Part shown: positions 43,931 to 57,362 of the stretch, in pieces | Position numbering within the stretch: the stretch's first letter is position 1 | Layout: every line of letters begins with the position of its first letter | Assembly (NCBI GenBank): GCA_051294375.1 | Contig: CM119268.1 | Coordinates: 23,869,917-23,933,916 of the forward strand | Length of the DNA stretch: 64,000 nucleotides | Direction: 5' to 3' | Origin: Paraspadella gotoi | Lineage: Eukaryota; Animalia; Chaetognatha | Translations under genes and position numbers: made by a program | Notes under the pieces: model-generated | Told to the model about the DNA's origin: nothing | Databases searched by the model: none | The model's input: only the letters and a program-made list of their open reading frames with translations

Positions 43931-45165
43931 GGGAGGAGGAGGCGGAGGAAGAGGAGAAGAGGGAGAAATGGGTTTGAGGGAGAGTAAAATCGGGTCAGGG
44001 AAGATTTTAAGGTTTTGATGCGAGTCAATGGGTAATTATTTTAGCGGAAGATATTATTAAAATTACTACTTTATTTAAGTTATTTTCATTTATTATAATA
44101 TTAGTTAATATTTAATATTATTTAATATTATTCAATGAATGAAAAAAGAATTAAGTATTTCAAAGGATTGATAGAAAGAAGAGAGAAGGGGTTTGGTAAA
44201 TCTGGATGGGAAGAAGAGAAAGAAGAAGCGAGGGGCAGAAGTTTAGTTTCGCGGGGGCGAACGAACTTAAAGATTCGCTCGTTGAATTAAGACTCAGAAA
44301 AAGCAAACAGCGTGACGTCTGGCCGATGGTGAACGGGAGAAGAATTTTGATATCGAGGCTTGGTGAAGATGAGGAAGAAAGAAAGAAGGAAAGAAAGAAA
44401 GAAAAACACTTAAAGGCAGGTTTGGGAAGTATTTACTTAAGATTTATTTCTGAAAAAAAAAAGAAAAAACTTAAATAAAAAAACAAAACAACAACAAAAA
44501 AAATAACCCAAAACTAAATTTTTCTTTCTTTTTTTGTTGATATTTTTATCTCCTCTCTTTTGATTTTCTTTTGTTTTGTGAACATTTTATTACCCTCTTC
44601 TTTTCCTTTTTCTCTTCTCTTCTCTTTTTCTCTTCTTTTCTTTTCTTTTCTTTTCTTTTCTTTTCTTTTCCTTTCTTTTTTTTCTTTTCTTTTCTTTTCT
44701 TTTCTTTTCTTATCATCTCTACTCTTCTTTTTTTCTTCTCTTCTCTTCTTTTTTCTTTTCTTCTCTTCTCTTCTCTCCCCACTTCTCTAGCCAATCGGCC
44801 ACTTGACCTCCAAACGAGAATCAATCGAGAGACGAAGTTTTTCTCTTCCGTTTCTTGTTGTTGTTGTTTTTGTTTTTGTTTTTTCGTGAGTCTTGTTGTT
44901 GTTGAGGTCGAACACGAATTAAAATGTTATAGTTCTTGTGTATTCAAAGACTTACCTTCTTCATTCTCATATATTTATTCTTTGTAAAAAGCCTTGCATT
45001 TTTAATTTGACATTCTGCATACTGCAAACTTCATTTTAATGGATTTTGGATGAGTTTTATTAGCATAATTTTACTTTCCGTAGTTTTCTATCATCACTCT
45101 AATGGTTGCAAAACGAATTTAAATTTAATATGAACTACTACCGCAAAAACTTGTAAAAAGGATTC

Positions 45166-45477
45166 CATTCTACATTTTATATTTTACATTCTATATTTTA
45201 CATTCTTTGTTCAACATTCTAAATTCTATATTTTACATTTTTTATTCTAAATTTTACATTCTATATTTTATTCTAAATTTTACATTCTATATTTTATTCT
45301 ACATTTTATATTTTACATTCTTTATTTTACATTCTACATTCTATATTTTACATTCTATATTTTACATTCTACATTCTATATTTTATATTTTATATTTTAG
45401 ATTCTACATTCTATATTTTACATTCTTTATTCTACATTTTACATTCTATATTTTATATTCTACTTTCTACATTCTTT
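45166..45477 (+). repeat. 7-bp-based AT-rich tandem repeat (TTCTACA/TTTTATA)
   Basis: More than 40 degenerate heptamers. Confidence 0.9.
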
Positions 45478-47095
45478 GTCAAAACCACTTTCGCCTTCCA
45501 TGTTTTCATTTTCCCCAAGATTTCTTTCCCTCGTTTCAGATTTTCTTGTTTACTTATTTTTTTTATGAAGAAAAAAATGATTTATTTTCATTTTTATGAT
45601 CAAATCTTTTTTCTTTGTTTGTGACGCATTAAACCTTTTATATCCTTTTGTTTTTTATTCTCAAAGGAAAAAAAGGATTATTTATTTTCTTTTTTTTCTT
45701 TTTTTCTAATTCTTCATAATTTATGAGATGTTTTCTTTATCCGAGATTTGTCTTTTCTTTTTCTTTCTGACTTGGAACTAAAAAGGAGTCGTCTTTTTAA
45801 ACAATTTAAACGGTTAAATTGTTTAGTGACTTTATACCACTTCATTGATAGCCAGGAACTTGGAAATTTAAAAAAAACAAAATTGTTTGAGAGTCTTGAC
45901 TGAAAGCTCGAAGGACCATGGTACAAAATTGGTACAATATAAAACTTATCCAATCATTTAATAAATTAGCAAACCCTAGTTATTATCTTGAGTGCAAGAC
46001 AGATTATTTATTGAATGAATGAATAATTTTATATCGTTTGTACGAATTTTACAGTATTACTCATCAAACATTGTTTTTCATTATTTTTTTTTGCTGACAA
46101 AAAAAGCAAAGAGACAGCAAAGATTTTCATCACAATACAAATGTTTAAGTCTGTCAAGTTCATCTGCTCTTTCTGACTTCCTTTCTTTTTGCTCTTCTCT
46201 TTTTTTTCTTCTCTTTCTCCTTATCCCCTCCTCCTCTTCTCCTCTCCTCTGCTCTCCTCTCCTCTCCTCCTCTTCCTCCTCTTCCACCTCCTCCTCATTT
46301 TTCCCCTGTTCTTACTCCTCCCTCCTTCTCTTCCTCTTCTTCCTCCTTCTCCTCATCTTCCCTTTCCTCTTCCTCCTCCTTCTCTTCCTCCTCCTCTTCC
46401 TCTTCCTCCCCCTCTTTTCTTTCCACATCCGGTTGCAATGTCACGACTTGACGTCCTAGACAACAACAACAACAACAACGGAACTGACATCAGCAGAAAA
46501 AAACAGCGACGAGGTCAAACTAACACAAAATAAGACATTTGTCAGTAAACAAGTTTGAGAAAACAATGCCGGATCTGCCCACGATCATTAGCAGTAAGCA
46601 GCTCATCAATTAATTTATTAATGAATTAATGCCATTTGCATTTATATTTAATATAAAGACAAAAAAAGAATAAACTAATTTGTTTTCATTTAAACTCATT
46701 TCCACTCAGACGATTCCATCTCAACTTGATTTCCAGCTCAATCACACATTTCCACACCCTCACACATAAATTTCCAAATAAATTTACCCATTAACTCATG
46801 AGTAATTCGCGTTCAAAGCTAAGGGGGGATAGACAGACGGACAGAAAGACAGAAAGACAGACAGACAACATTTTTTTGAGTAATTTATTAAAATTCGATG
46901 TTCTGACATGATCCAAATGACTTTCCAACAAGACTTTGGATTGGGACCAACTGACCGACAAAGTGAAATATAGAGCAGAAAATTTGCAGTAAGCAGAACC
47001 AGCTCAAAGAATTGTGTACATAGATATTAGACAATGCGTAAATAAACTAAAGTGAAACAAAATTTAAAAATTTGGAATTAAAGCTTTAGTTTTGA

Positions 47096-47096
47096 A

Positions 47097-47160
<64 letters not shown>

Positions 47161-47161
47161 T
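47096..47161 (+). repeat. (GAT)n microsatellite
   Basis: About 21 perfect units. Confidence 0.95.
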
Positions 47162-47345
47162 GACATTGGAGTGAATGCCACCGAATTGTCGATGTCACAA
47201 CGTCAATCTTTTTTGACGCTTCGGCCTATAACCAGTGACCGACGACAACCACGACGACGACGAGACGACGAACGACGACGACGAGACGACGAACAAAAAA
47301 AATAGAACTCGAAAGTCGAGTTTGCGTCGAGACGTTAGTTGAACC

Positions 47346-47383
<38 letters not shown>

Positions 47384-47433
47384 TAGTCGGGCATAGCATA
47401 AGTTCACCCACCTATAAGAATGACACCTTCATT

Positions 47434-47655
47434 CCTGTCCCGGTGGCTCATTGAGTAAAGCCATCAGCTAATGACCACTAGGTACGGTTCACCCACCACG
47501 TACCTACTCTGCGGGAAGCGTAAGCACGGCCGCTAAGCCGCCTTGGGGGCGTGAAAACCCTCAGCCTGGTTCCAAGCCCAGGACCCGTTCCATGGCTTCT
47601 AAGGGGGTTAAGTTACGGATAGTCATCTTCAGCCACTGAGCGCCTTATCCACTGA
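47434..47655 (+). mobile_element. tRNA-derived SINE-like element, near full-length copy
   Basis: 5' GTCCCGGTGGCTCATTGAGTAAAGCCATCAGC (A-box-like), conserved core TACCTACTCTGCGGGAAGCGT and 3' CTTCAGCC..AGCGCCTTATCCAC. Homologous to 21722-21929 and 61558-61690. Confidence 0.7.
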
Positions 47656-48019
47656 AATATGTTCTGGAACAAAAAAAACACGAGAAGAGAAAATAGAACA
47701 AGAGAAAAGAAAAGAAGAGAAAAGAAAAGAAAGGGAAACTGGAAGAAAAATGGAAAAAAGGGAAAAAGAAAAATTGAATAAAAAGAAGAGAAAAATGAGG
47801 AAAAGGAGAACTGCTAATTGCGGTTCCGAGTTACTTTTTGTCTTTTGATATATTTATTTTTACAAAGTAAATTGATTTATATAAGTTTGTGAATAAATGT
47901 TAGATTACGTCGATCTAAATCCTTATCTTTGTATCATTCAGTTTCAGTTCAGTTCAGTTCAGTTCAGTTCAGTTCAAGTATGGAGGTCCGTCGGTCCGTC
48001 GGACAGGAAAAATTGTCAT

Positions 48020-48050
<31 letters not shown>

Positions 48051-48171
48051 TTCCTACTTTTCTCTTTTTATGATGGAAAACAAATGAAAAAAAAGAATAT
48101 AATTATTTTTTTAAAAAATGAAAGAAGAATGAAAGAAAAGTCACTAATGATCGAACGTAAATCATTTGACT

Positions 48172-48235
<64 letters not shown>

Positions 48236-48451
48236 TGTTGGTTTCAGCAGGAAAAATTTAAATGGCCTTTTATGGCTAATACTAATTATTTAACAAAGAT
48301 AAAAAACTCATTAATTTTATTTTTATTTAGAGTAAATTATTTTTAATACTTATGCCAACATCAGTTATCTATGCACCTTTTAAAACTTGGTTTATTTTTA
48401 TTAAAAATTATTAATGTAAAAAAAAACTAAATAAACTTTTTATATATATGA

Positions 48452-49187
48452 AAGTCTTGATTGAAAGCTTGCAGGGACCTGCTATGTCATTATCTTCTAA
48501 GAGTGATGGAGGCCTTAAACCACCAAAGCCTGTCCAAAGTCAGGGGCGAGATAACTTATTTATTAAATAAATGGATAATTTTTATATTGGTTGTAGCAAT
48601 TGGATATAAAAATTTAGTGTTTGGCAACTCAGATGCTCTTTTACGCCAACGCAACTAAAAAAGAAAAAAAGAAAGAAAGAGAAGAAAAGGAAATTTGTGT
48701 TGGAATTTCGTTTCTCCTAAATGACGAGGAATCATTAAGAAATAAACCGGACAAGAATGCCGATGAGAGAGAGAGAGAGAGAGAGAGATGCGAGAGGGGA
48801 GAGGGAGAGGAGGAGAGAGAAGAGAAGAGAAGGAGAAAGAGTGAAGCGAGAGGGAGAGAGAGAGAGAGCAGGAGAGAGAGGAGAGAATTTCTCTCTCTGT
48901 NNNNNNNNNNNNNNNNNNNNNNNNNNNNNNNNNNNNAGAGAGAGAGAGAGAGAGAGAGAGTTCCTTCTTTTTCTCCCCCAACGAACAGTTTTCTTTGTCT
49001 TAATCTTAGGCTCAAGAACCGACAAAGATTTTTCGTCATTTCCACAAAAAAAATCTTGTTTATTATTTCAATGGCTTTTTTTGGTTCAACCAATACAAAA
49101 TTATCCATTCATTTCATAAATAAGTTATCTTGCCCCTGACTTTGGACATGCTTTGGTGGTTTAAGGCCTCCATCACTCTTACAAGAT
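48452..49187. repeat. Two oppositely oriented copies of the ~150-bp dispersed repeat
   Basis: 48496-48603 is the reverse complement of 49080-49187 at high identity. Confidence 0.8.
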
Positions 49188-49402
49188 TTCATTATCTCTT
49201 TATCTCAATACTTGTTATTTTAATTTAAAATTTTTACATGCTTTTAATATTTTTCCTTATGTCTTCCTTTGTTTTAAAAACGTCAACTATTAAGTTAATT
49301 TTCTCAAGTGGGTTTTAATTTTCCAAATTTGGAAGAAGAAAACTTCGATTATTTATTCTGACTTTTCTTTGTTTCCAGTCGAAGCATTTTTGAGTGGATA
49401 AT

Positions 49403-49438
<36 letters not shown>

Positions 49439-52400
49439 NNNNNNNNNNNNNNNNNNNNNNNNNNNNNNNNNNNNNNNNNNNNNNNNNNNNNNNNNNNNNN
49501 NNNNNNNNNNNNNNNNNNNNNNNNNNNNNNNNNNNNNNNNNNNNNNNNNNNNNNNNNNNNNNNNNNNNNNNNNNNNNNNNNNNNNNNNNNNNNNNNNNNN
49601 NNNNNNNNNNNNNNNNNNNNNNNNNNNNNNNNNNNNNNNNNNNNNNNNNNNNNNNNNNNNNNNNNNNNNNNNNNNNNNNNNNNNNNNNAGAGAGACATAC
49701 ACACTCAAAGGAAACAGTAGTACAAAGAAACATTCTGTCATATACTTAACCGTTTCCGTAAGTTGAGACACAGGTGTTTCCGATCGCGCGGCTTTTTTGC
49801 CCCCAGCTCTCATGCCCTCGGCGGCTCGGCCCTCTTCCTCGTGGCCGGGCTTCTCAAGAGGCCGTTCCCCGGAGGGCAAGGGACCGTTCCCGGAGGGCTG
49901 GGGGCACGCTCTCAAACTAAGTACCAATTTTCTGTTAATAAATCATTTTTCTTTTAATTAGGAAAGAAATATTAGGCGAAGGTCAGAATGGATTCGATTG
50001 GATATAAAATATTAAGGCATTACAAGAAATGCTAAAGCCAATGATCGTCAAGAAATGATAGGGAAGTCCAAGGAATAAANNNNNNNNNNNNNNNNNNNNN
50101 NNNNNNNNNNNNNNNNNNNNNNNNNNNNNNNNNNNNNNNNNNNNNNNNNNNNNNNNNNNNNNNNNNNNNNNNNNNNNNNNNNNNNNNNNNNNNNNNNNNN
50201 NNNNNNNNNNNNNNNNNNNNNNNNNNNNNNNNNNNNNNNNNNNNNNNNNNNNNNNNNNNNNNNNNNNNNNNNNNNNNNNNNNNNNNNNNNNNNNNNNNNN
50301 NNNNNNNNNNNNNNNNNNNNNNNNNNNNNNNNNNNNNNNNNNNNNNNNNNNNNNNNNNNNNNNNNNNNNNNNNNNNNNNNNNGGAACGATTAATAATGAT
50401 AAATAATGTAAAAAAAAAGATTTAAAATCTTGAAGAGGAAAAGAATGAAATGGAAAGTATTAGAATTCCGCCGGGGGCAGAACATAGGGAAATAGAATGC
50501 CGGAAGTGTAGGAAGAAAAAAGCCATTCGTGATAGAGAAATGTGAGAGAGAGAAATAGAGAGGGNNNNNNNNNNGGTGAAAGGCGAAAACCCTTTCGTTG
50601 ACAACCATGTTTTACTTCCGTTTTTCACTTTTTTTCCCCAAAATGAGTTTTTGTTGCGTTGGCCATTTTTTGAGTTTCACGAAGCCACTGCGGCGCAACA
50701 CGTTGGAATTACCGTTTTTGTTAAAAAGGAATTATTGTTCACTTCAAAATTAAATTTAAAAGGGTAACAGTAAAAAAATCAATTATAAAAAAGAGCACAT
50801 ATTAAGGAAAAAAAAGAAAAAAAAGATTATGTGATAGAATAAATAAGGAGAGACAAAAATGAAAAATACAAAAAAAAATAATAGAAAAGTAAAAAGAGAA
50901 GAATAATAGAAAAGAAGAAAAAAGGAAAGAGAGGAAACAAAGAAAAGACAAGAAAGAGAGGAAAGAGAGGAAAAAAAGAAAGAGAAAGAAAAGAGATGAA
51001 AAAGGAGGAAAAAGGAAAAATCCGGGAAAATTTGAGAGAAATTCTCCCAAATGTCATAAATCAAAGATCCTAACAAGGGCGAACCCCTGGAGTTGCTTTA
51101 TCCCTCTCTCTCTCTCTCTCTCTCTCTCGCACCCCGTCGTCTCCAACCGCGGATTTTTTTCATCCGCGATTATGATTTTGTCACGAAACGGTTTCTCTCC
51201 CGCTGCGCTTGTCTCTCTCTCTGTCTCTCNNNNNNNNNNNNNNNNNNNNNNNNNNNNNNNNNNNNNNNNNNNNNNNNNNNNNNNNNNNNNNNNNNNNNNN
51301 NNNNNNNNNNNNNNNNNNNNNNNNNNNNNNNNNNNNNNNNNNNNNNNNNNNNNNNNNNNNNNNNNNNNNNNNNNNNNNNNNNNNNNNNNNNNNNNNNNNN
51401 NNNNNNNNNNNNNNNNNNNNNNNNNNNNNNNNNNNNNNNNNNNNNNNNNNNNNNNNNNNNNNNNNNNNNNNNNNNNNNNNNNNNNNNNNNNNNNNNNNNN
51501 NNNNNNNNNNNNNNNNNNNNNNNNNNNNNNNNNNNNNNNNNNNNNNNNNNNNNNNNNNNNNNNNNNNNNNNNNNNNNNNNNNNNNNNNNNNNNNNNNNNN
51601 NNNNNNNNNNNNNNNNNNNNNNNNNNNNNNNNNNNNNNNNNNNNNNNNNNNNNNNNNNNNNNNNNNNNNNNNNNNNNNNNNNNNNNNNNNNNNNNNNNNN
51701 NNNNNNNNNNNNNNNNNNNNNNNNNNNNNNNNNNNNNNNNNNNNNNNNNNNNNNNNNNNNNNNNNGTACATGGAACCTTTTGAACAGAGAGAGAGGGATG
51801 GCATTTTGAATTAGATAATAAATAATAAATTTTAATAATAATAAATTTTAATAATAANNNNNNNNNNNNNNNNNNNNNNNNNNNNNNNNNNNNNNNNNNN
51901 NNNNNNNNNNNNNNNNNNNNNNNNNNNNNNNNNNNNNNNNNNNNNNNNNNNNNNNNNNNNNNNNNNNNNNNNNNNNNNNNNNNNNNNNNNNNNNNNNNNN
52001 NNNNNNNNNNNNNNNNNNNNNNNNNNNNNNNNNNNNNNNNNNNNNNNNNNNNNNNNNNNNNNNNNNNNNNNNNNNNNNNNNNNNNNNNNNNNNNNNNNNN
52101 NNNNNNNNNNNNNNNNNNNNNNNNNNNNNNNNNNNNNNNNNNNNNNNNNNNNNNNACAAATCGTCTTTCTATTGTCGTTGTTGTTATCCCCTATTGTACA
52201 AACAGAATTATAAATATAATTCGTGTTTAATTTCAATAAACCAAGTATAAATACATTACTAAAATTTGATTAATCAATCTCTTTCAAAACCCTCTAAATC
52301 TCAGACTTTATCTCTCTTTTCTGATGTTGCTTCATTTCTGGACGTTTGTCCCAGACTTTTTTTAACCATAATAATTATAATTAACCTAAACATGTTCTTC

Positions 52401-52621
52401 ACCCTCACCGTAATCTTGAACCCTAATCCTAAACCTTTGCCTCTATTTTGTTACCTAAACATTTAGATCTAAATTTTATTCTTTAACCCAAATCCAGACA
52501 GACCGACTTATTAAATAAAGTTTATTTAGATTTGAGTCACAATTGAAATAGATTCTTTGTAGAAAAGTAAAACTCATTAAAGAAAGATAGAGATGTCAGA
52601 AGGTCGTTGTCGTCGTCGTTG

Positions 52622-52653
<32 letters not shown>

Positions 52654-53433
52654 TTAGTCATCTTTGTCTTTTCATTAAATTTTAGTGAAAACTTGTTGAA
52701 GACTTTATCCGTCTTTCAATCTTTTTTATTATTATTAACTTTTTTTAATTATTATTTAAAAGTTTTTAACTCTCTCACCTTTTATATTTTTTTACGCTTT
52801 TCGCCTCTTTTTTTTTTCTTTTTTTTTTCTTTAAAAAACTTTAGCGAACTTTCACACTTTTTAATTTTCACCAAAAAGTTTTCAGCTTCATTAGTAGATA
52901 AACAAATAAACTTTTTCTTCGTTGTTAGTCGTCGTCGTCATCGTCGTCGTTGTCGTCGTCGTTGTCGCCGTCGTTCTCGTCGTCGTCGTCGTCATCATCG
53001 TTTTCGTCGCCATTGTTTTTTATTGAAAAAAACTAGATTTTCATTAATTTTTTTTCCTTTCTTGTTTTAAAAATTTCACAGGTTAATTTCTTTGTCACAT
53101 TTTTGGGAGAAAAAAAAGATTACGACGTAGGTTCTCAAATAATAATTTTATTTTTATCATAAGAACGACTCTAAAGTTTGACTACAATTCTTATACATAT
53201 ATTATACAAACTTATGAAGGAAATGAGGACGAATGATAACATTAATGATGACAACTGATGACACAGATAATGACAACTGATATCATTAATGATGATAAAT
53301 GATATTATTGAAGATGACAAATGATGACAACACATTGACAGTCAAATGATGGACTACCGCATTTATAGAGGTGATGATATCACAAACTCAGTTTCAAGTC
53401 TCAATTCACTGATTTTCGACGACGACGTTGACA

Positions 53434-53470
<37 letters not shown>

Positions 53471-56400
53471 TAAACACTTGAGTCTTTGCCCGTAGTTGCT
53501 AGGCAACCGTCTCTAAGCGAACTCCCGAATTCTGGAGCGATTTCAAACTAAACCTAAAAAAAACCGGTTTTGCTTTCGCGAATTCCCAGGTGGTCTCTTC
53601 TCTCTCTCTCTCTCTCTCTCTCTCATCTCTTCTCTCTTCTCTCTTCTCTCTCTCTTCTCTTCGTTCACCTATCTCTCTCTCAGTCGTGACGAGCACCCGC
53701 CGCAGATGCATTAAAGTACAATCATCCCGATCTCATCTATATTCCCTGAGAATTCAAAAGGAAATTCAAAGACATTTTATTTCGAGCTAAAGACAATAAA
53801 GACACTTAGGAAGAATCTAATATTTGTTTTAGAAGATTTATTTTAAAAGAAAATGTATTTTTCCAAGATGTTTACGCATTTAATTTATTATATATATTAT
53901 TTCATAGTTATTTCTTTTTGAAAAGGTTTCATTAATATTCTTTATTCCCAAATTCTCATGTCTTAAAAGTGCGATGTTTTATAATTAACAACATATTCGT
54001 TTTTATTTTTAAAAACACCTGAGAGAATATTCAAATTTTTTATGCTTAGGGGACCCCAGCGTATAAAATGAGTATGCCATAGCCTTCATGAGGGTCTATC
54101 CAAAGGAATTGAATGGTGTGATAGTCATTAATTTTTCTTTGCACGGGAAGTTGGCCGAAAAATTCCTATCTCTTTATTGTAGCGGAAACAAACATTTAAT
54201 ATAATATGCAAAAAACATTTAGTTGACCCTACCTAAAATCATTTTAATAATTCTTTTATTTTATTTTTGCTTAGAAAGGTAATTTTTTTACTTTAATTTC
54301 TATAAAATTTTATTTTTTATTTGTCAAAGCTACAATTTTAGGTTATTAAGCCTCATTGAAACAAGGCTTACCAAGATATATTTTTTTAATTTGTTATATT
54401 TACTTAAAAGCAGAAAAATCAAACCTAACTTTCTATTCTATACAGAAACAAACTCGTGACATAATTATTAATGGCCAATATTCATACTCATCTCTTAAAG
54501 TTATATTGTAAACTAGCATTGATTTGCTGAGATTGTGTATAATAAGAAATCAAAGTAGGCAGAATCTTTTTCTTCTTGGTATATTTTCTTACTTAAAGAG
54601 TTTTATTTTATCCAAGTGTGAACAATCATTTCTTAAAGAAGTTTAAATACAAACTCAGTTGATACCCTTAATTTTGATTCATTGCGTAGTTTTTTTTCTG
54701 TATAAGATCTTTTGTGATAACAAGCTGAAAAGTCTCATTTTTAAAATTAGATGCTTACCCTGTGTTGTGGGAAACGAAAGAGATTTGTGTAACTTGAAAA
54801 CAGTTTTCTTCTTACCGATTTTTTAAAAAAATTGAAGGCTCGCGCGCTGAGTTCTAGTCGAATTTGTGAACGTGACTTTCCCAAATGTCTTATAGAAAAA
54901 AAAATATATGATCACAGAACCAACTTAAGTTAAAGGGGTCAAATGTGTATGTTTTCAGCTTTTTACCACCCCTGTTCACTTGGTCCCCGTTAAGTGTGAG
55001 AATATGTGAGGCGAGTTTTTCGTTTTTTGGTTTCTGTTCCGGGTATTATCTCTCTCTGNNNNNNNNNNNNNNNNNNNNNNNNNTCTCTCTCTCTCTCGTC
55101 CCCGCCCAGATGCATTAAAGTCAATCATGTCTCATTAATCCGCTGAGATTCAAGGAAATTCAAAGACATTTATTTCGAGCTAAAGACAATAAAAGAGATT
55201 TAGGAGAATTATTTTTTTAGAGATTTATTTTTAAAAGAAATGTATTTTTCTAGATTTATTTTAGATTTATTTATTTATTATTTCATTTTATTTTTTTTGA
55301 AAGGTTTATTAAATTCTTTATCCAAATCTCATGTTTAAAAGTCGATGTTTATAAATTAACAAACATACTTCGTTTTTTTTTATAAAAAACCTGAGAGAAT
55401 ATTCAAATTTTTTATGCTTAAGGGGACCCAGTGATAAAAATGATATCATAANNNNNNNNNNNNNNNNNNNNNNNNNNNNNNNNNNNNNNNNNNNNNNNNN
55501 NNNNNNNNNNNNNNNNNNNNNNNNNNNNNNNNNNNNNNNNNNNNNNNNNNNNNNNNNNNNNNNNNNNNNNNNNNNNNNNNNNNNNNNNNNNNNNNNNNNN
55601 NNNNNNNNNNNNNNNNNNNNNNNNNNNNNNNNNNNNNNNNNNNNNNNNNNNNNNNNNNNNNNNNNNNNNNNNNNNNNNNNNNNNNNNNNNNNNNNNNNNN
55701 NNNNNNNNNNNNNNNNNNNNNNNNNNNNNNNNNNNNNNNNNNNNNNNNNNNNNNNNNNNNNNNNNNNNNNNNNNNNNNNNNNNNNNNNNNNNNNNNNNNN
55801 NNNNNNNNNNNNNNNNNNNNNNNNNNNNNNNNNNNNNNNNNNNNNNNNNNNNNNNNNNNNNNNNNNNNNNNNNNNNNNNNNNNNNNNNNNNNNNNNNNNN
55901 NNNNNNNNNNNNNNNNNNNNNNNNNNNNNNNNNNNNNNNNNNNNNNNNNNNNNNNNNNNNNNNNNNNNNNNNNNNNNNNNNNNNNNNNNNNNNNNNNNNN
56001 NNNNNNNNNNNNNNNNNNNNNNNNNNNNNNNNNNNNNNNNNNNNNNNNNNNNNNNNNNNNNNNNNNNNNNNNNNNNNNNNNNNNNNNNNNNNNNNNNNNN
56101 NNNNNNNNNNNNNNNNNNNNNNNNNNNNNNNNNNNNNNNNNNNNNNNNNNNNNNNNNNNNNNNNNNNNNNNNNNNNNNNNNNNNNNNNNNNNNNNNNNNN
56201 NNTAAGTTAAAGGGTCAAATGTTATGTTTTCAGCTTTTTACCACCCCTGTTCACTTGGTCCCCTTAAGTTGAAAATATTAGCGATTTTTCTTTTTTTTTC
56301 TTCTCGGGTTATTTTCGGTCCCTGGATATTTCAGCCTGCATTCTCCTCCTTCCCAGATATATTTCATAAAAATAAATATCGCAAAAAAGAAAAAAAACAA

Positions 56401-57229
56401 TCCATAAAAATAAAGAAAAAATTTAGCTAAAAAAAAACTTTAGCTCGGCCGGACTTTCAATTAAGGTTATTAACTTAAAAAGAGTTTATGGCTTTTGTAA
56501 TTCCGTAATAATTTTGAAAACGCTAAATTTATTACTTTATTAGTTTATTAAAACTGAATAATAAACATTTCTAAATTAATGAATAATTTATATATCTTCT
56601 CCAGGATCTCTTTTCTAAAAGCTTCCCATTTGTGTTTCTTAGTTAATCCCTGATGTTAATTTTAATTCAAAATTCTTTTTTATTCATTTTATTACTAGAT
56701 TTTTATTTTAAAATTTAATATTGCATTAAGATTAAAATGAAACATACTGCGTCTTAAGTCACTGAATGTGACTAGTTGATGTTCAATAAGAAAAAGAGAT
56801 TGAGTCGAGATAAAAATGATCAACAAAATGAGTTGAATCGATTTGATTGAAATGAGAAAAGCGAATGGAATCCAATTGGCTATTTGTAAAAAGAGAGAGA
56901 GTGAGAGATTAGAGGAGATAGAGAGAGAGAGAGAGAGAGAGAGAAGAGAGAGAAGGACGAGAAAGAGAGAGAGAGAGAGGAGAAGAGAAGAGAAGCAGAG
57001 GAGGGAGAGAGTCAACAAAAAAAATGGAACATGGAATTTTTAAAGAATTCGTTTAGCTTCCCTTATTTTATTTCTCATAATAATAATAATACTCAGGATC
57101 TCCATCTGGTAATTGAAAGATGACTAATGCCAGTGCCTCACTTGGTCGTTGCCATTTGCCACCTGCGTCGAGTGTTTAACCGCTTTCACGCCGCCTCAGC
57201 AGTCGATTCCCGCATTACAGCCGCTGCCT

Positions 57230-57269
<40 letters not shown>

Positions 57270-57317
57270 TGCTGTCATCGTCGTCCAGGTTTTTCATTCG
57301 ATCGACGTGATTAATCA

Positions 57318-57362
<45 letters not shown>

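Noticed and set aside
47434-47510. tRNA gene call for the A/B-box-like head
   Set aside because: No intact cloverleaf is visible and it continues into a shared downstream body, so it is treated as a SINE head.
26002-56202. Long ORFs full of X
   Set aside because: They only span N gaps and are not evidence of coding sequence.
53610-56340. Apparent tandem duplication (53610-55040 vs 55084-56330)
   Set aside because: It starts at a 25-N gap (55059-55083) and the second copy is deletion-rich; the same gap-fill artefact, non-coding.
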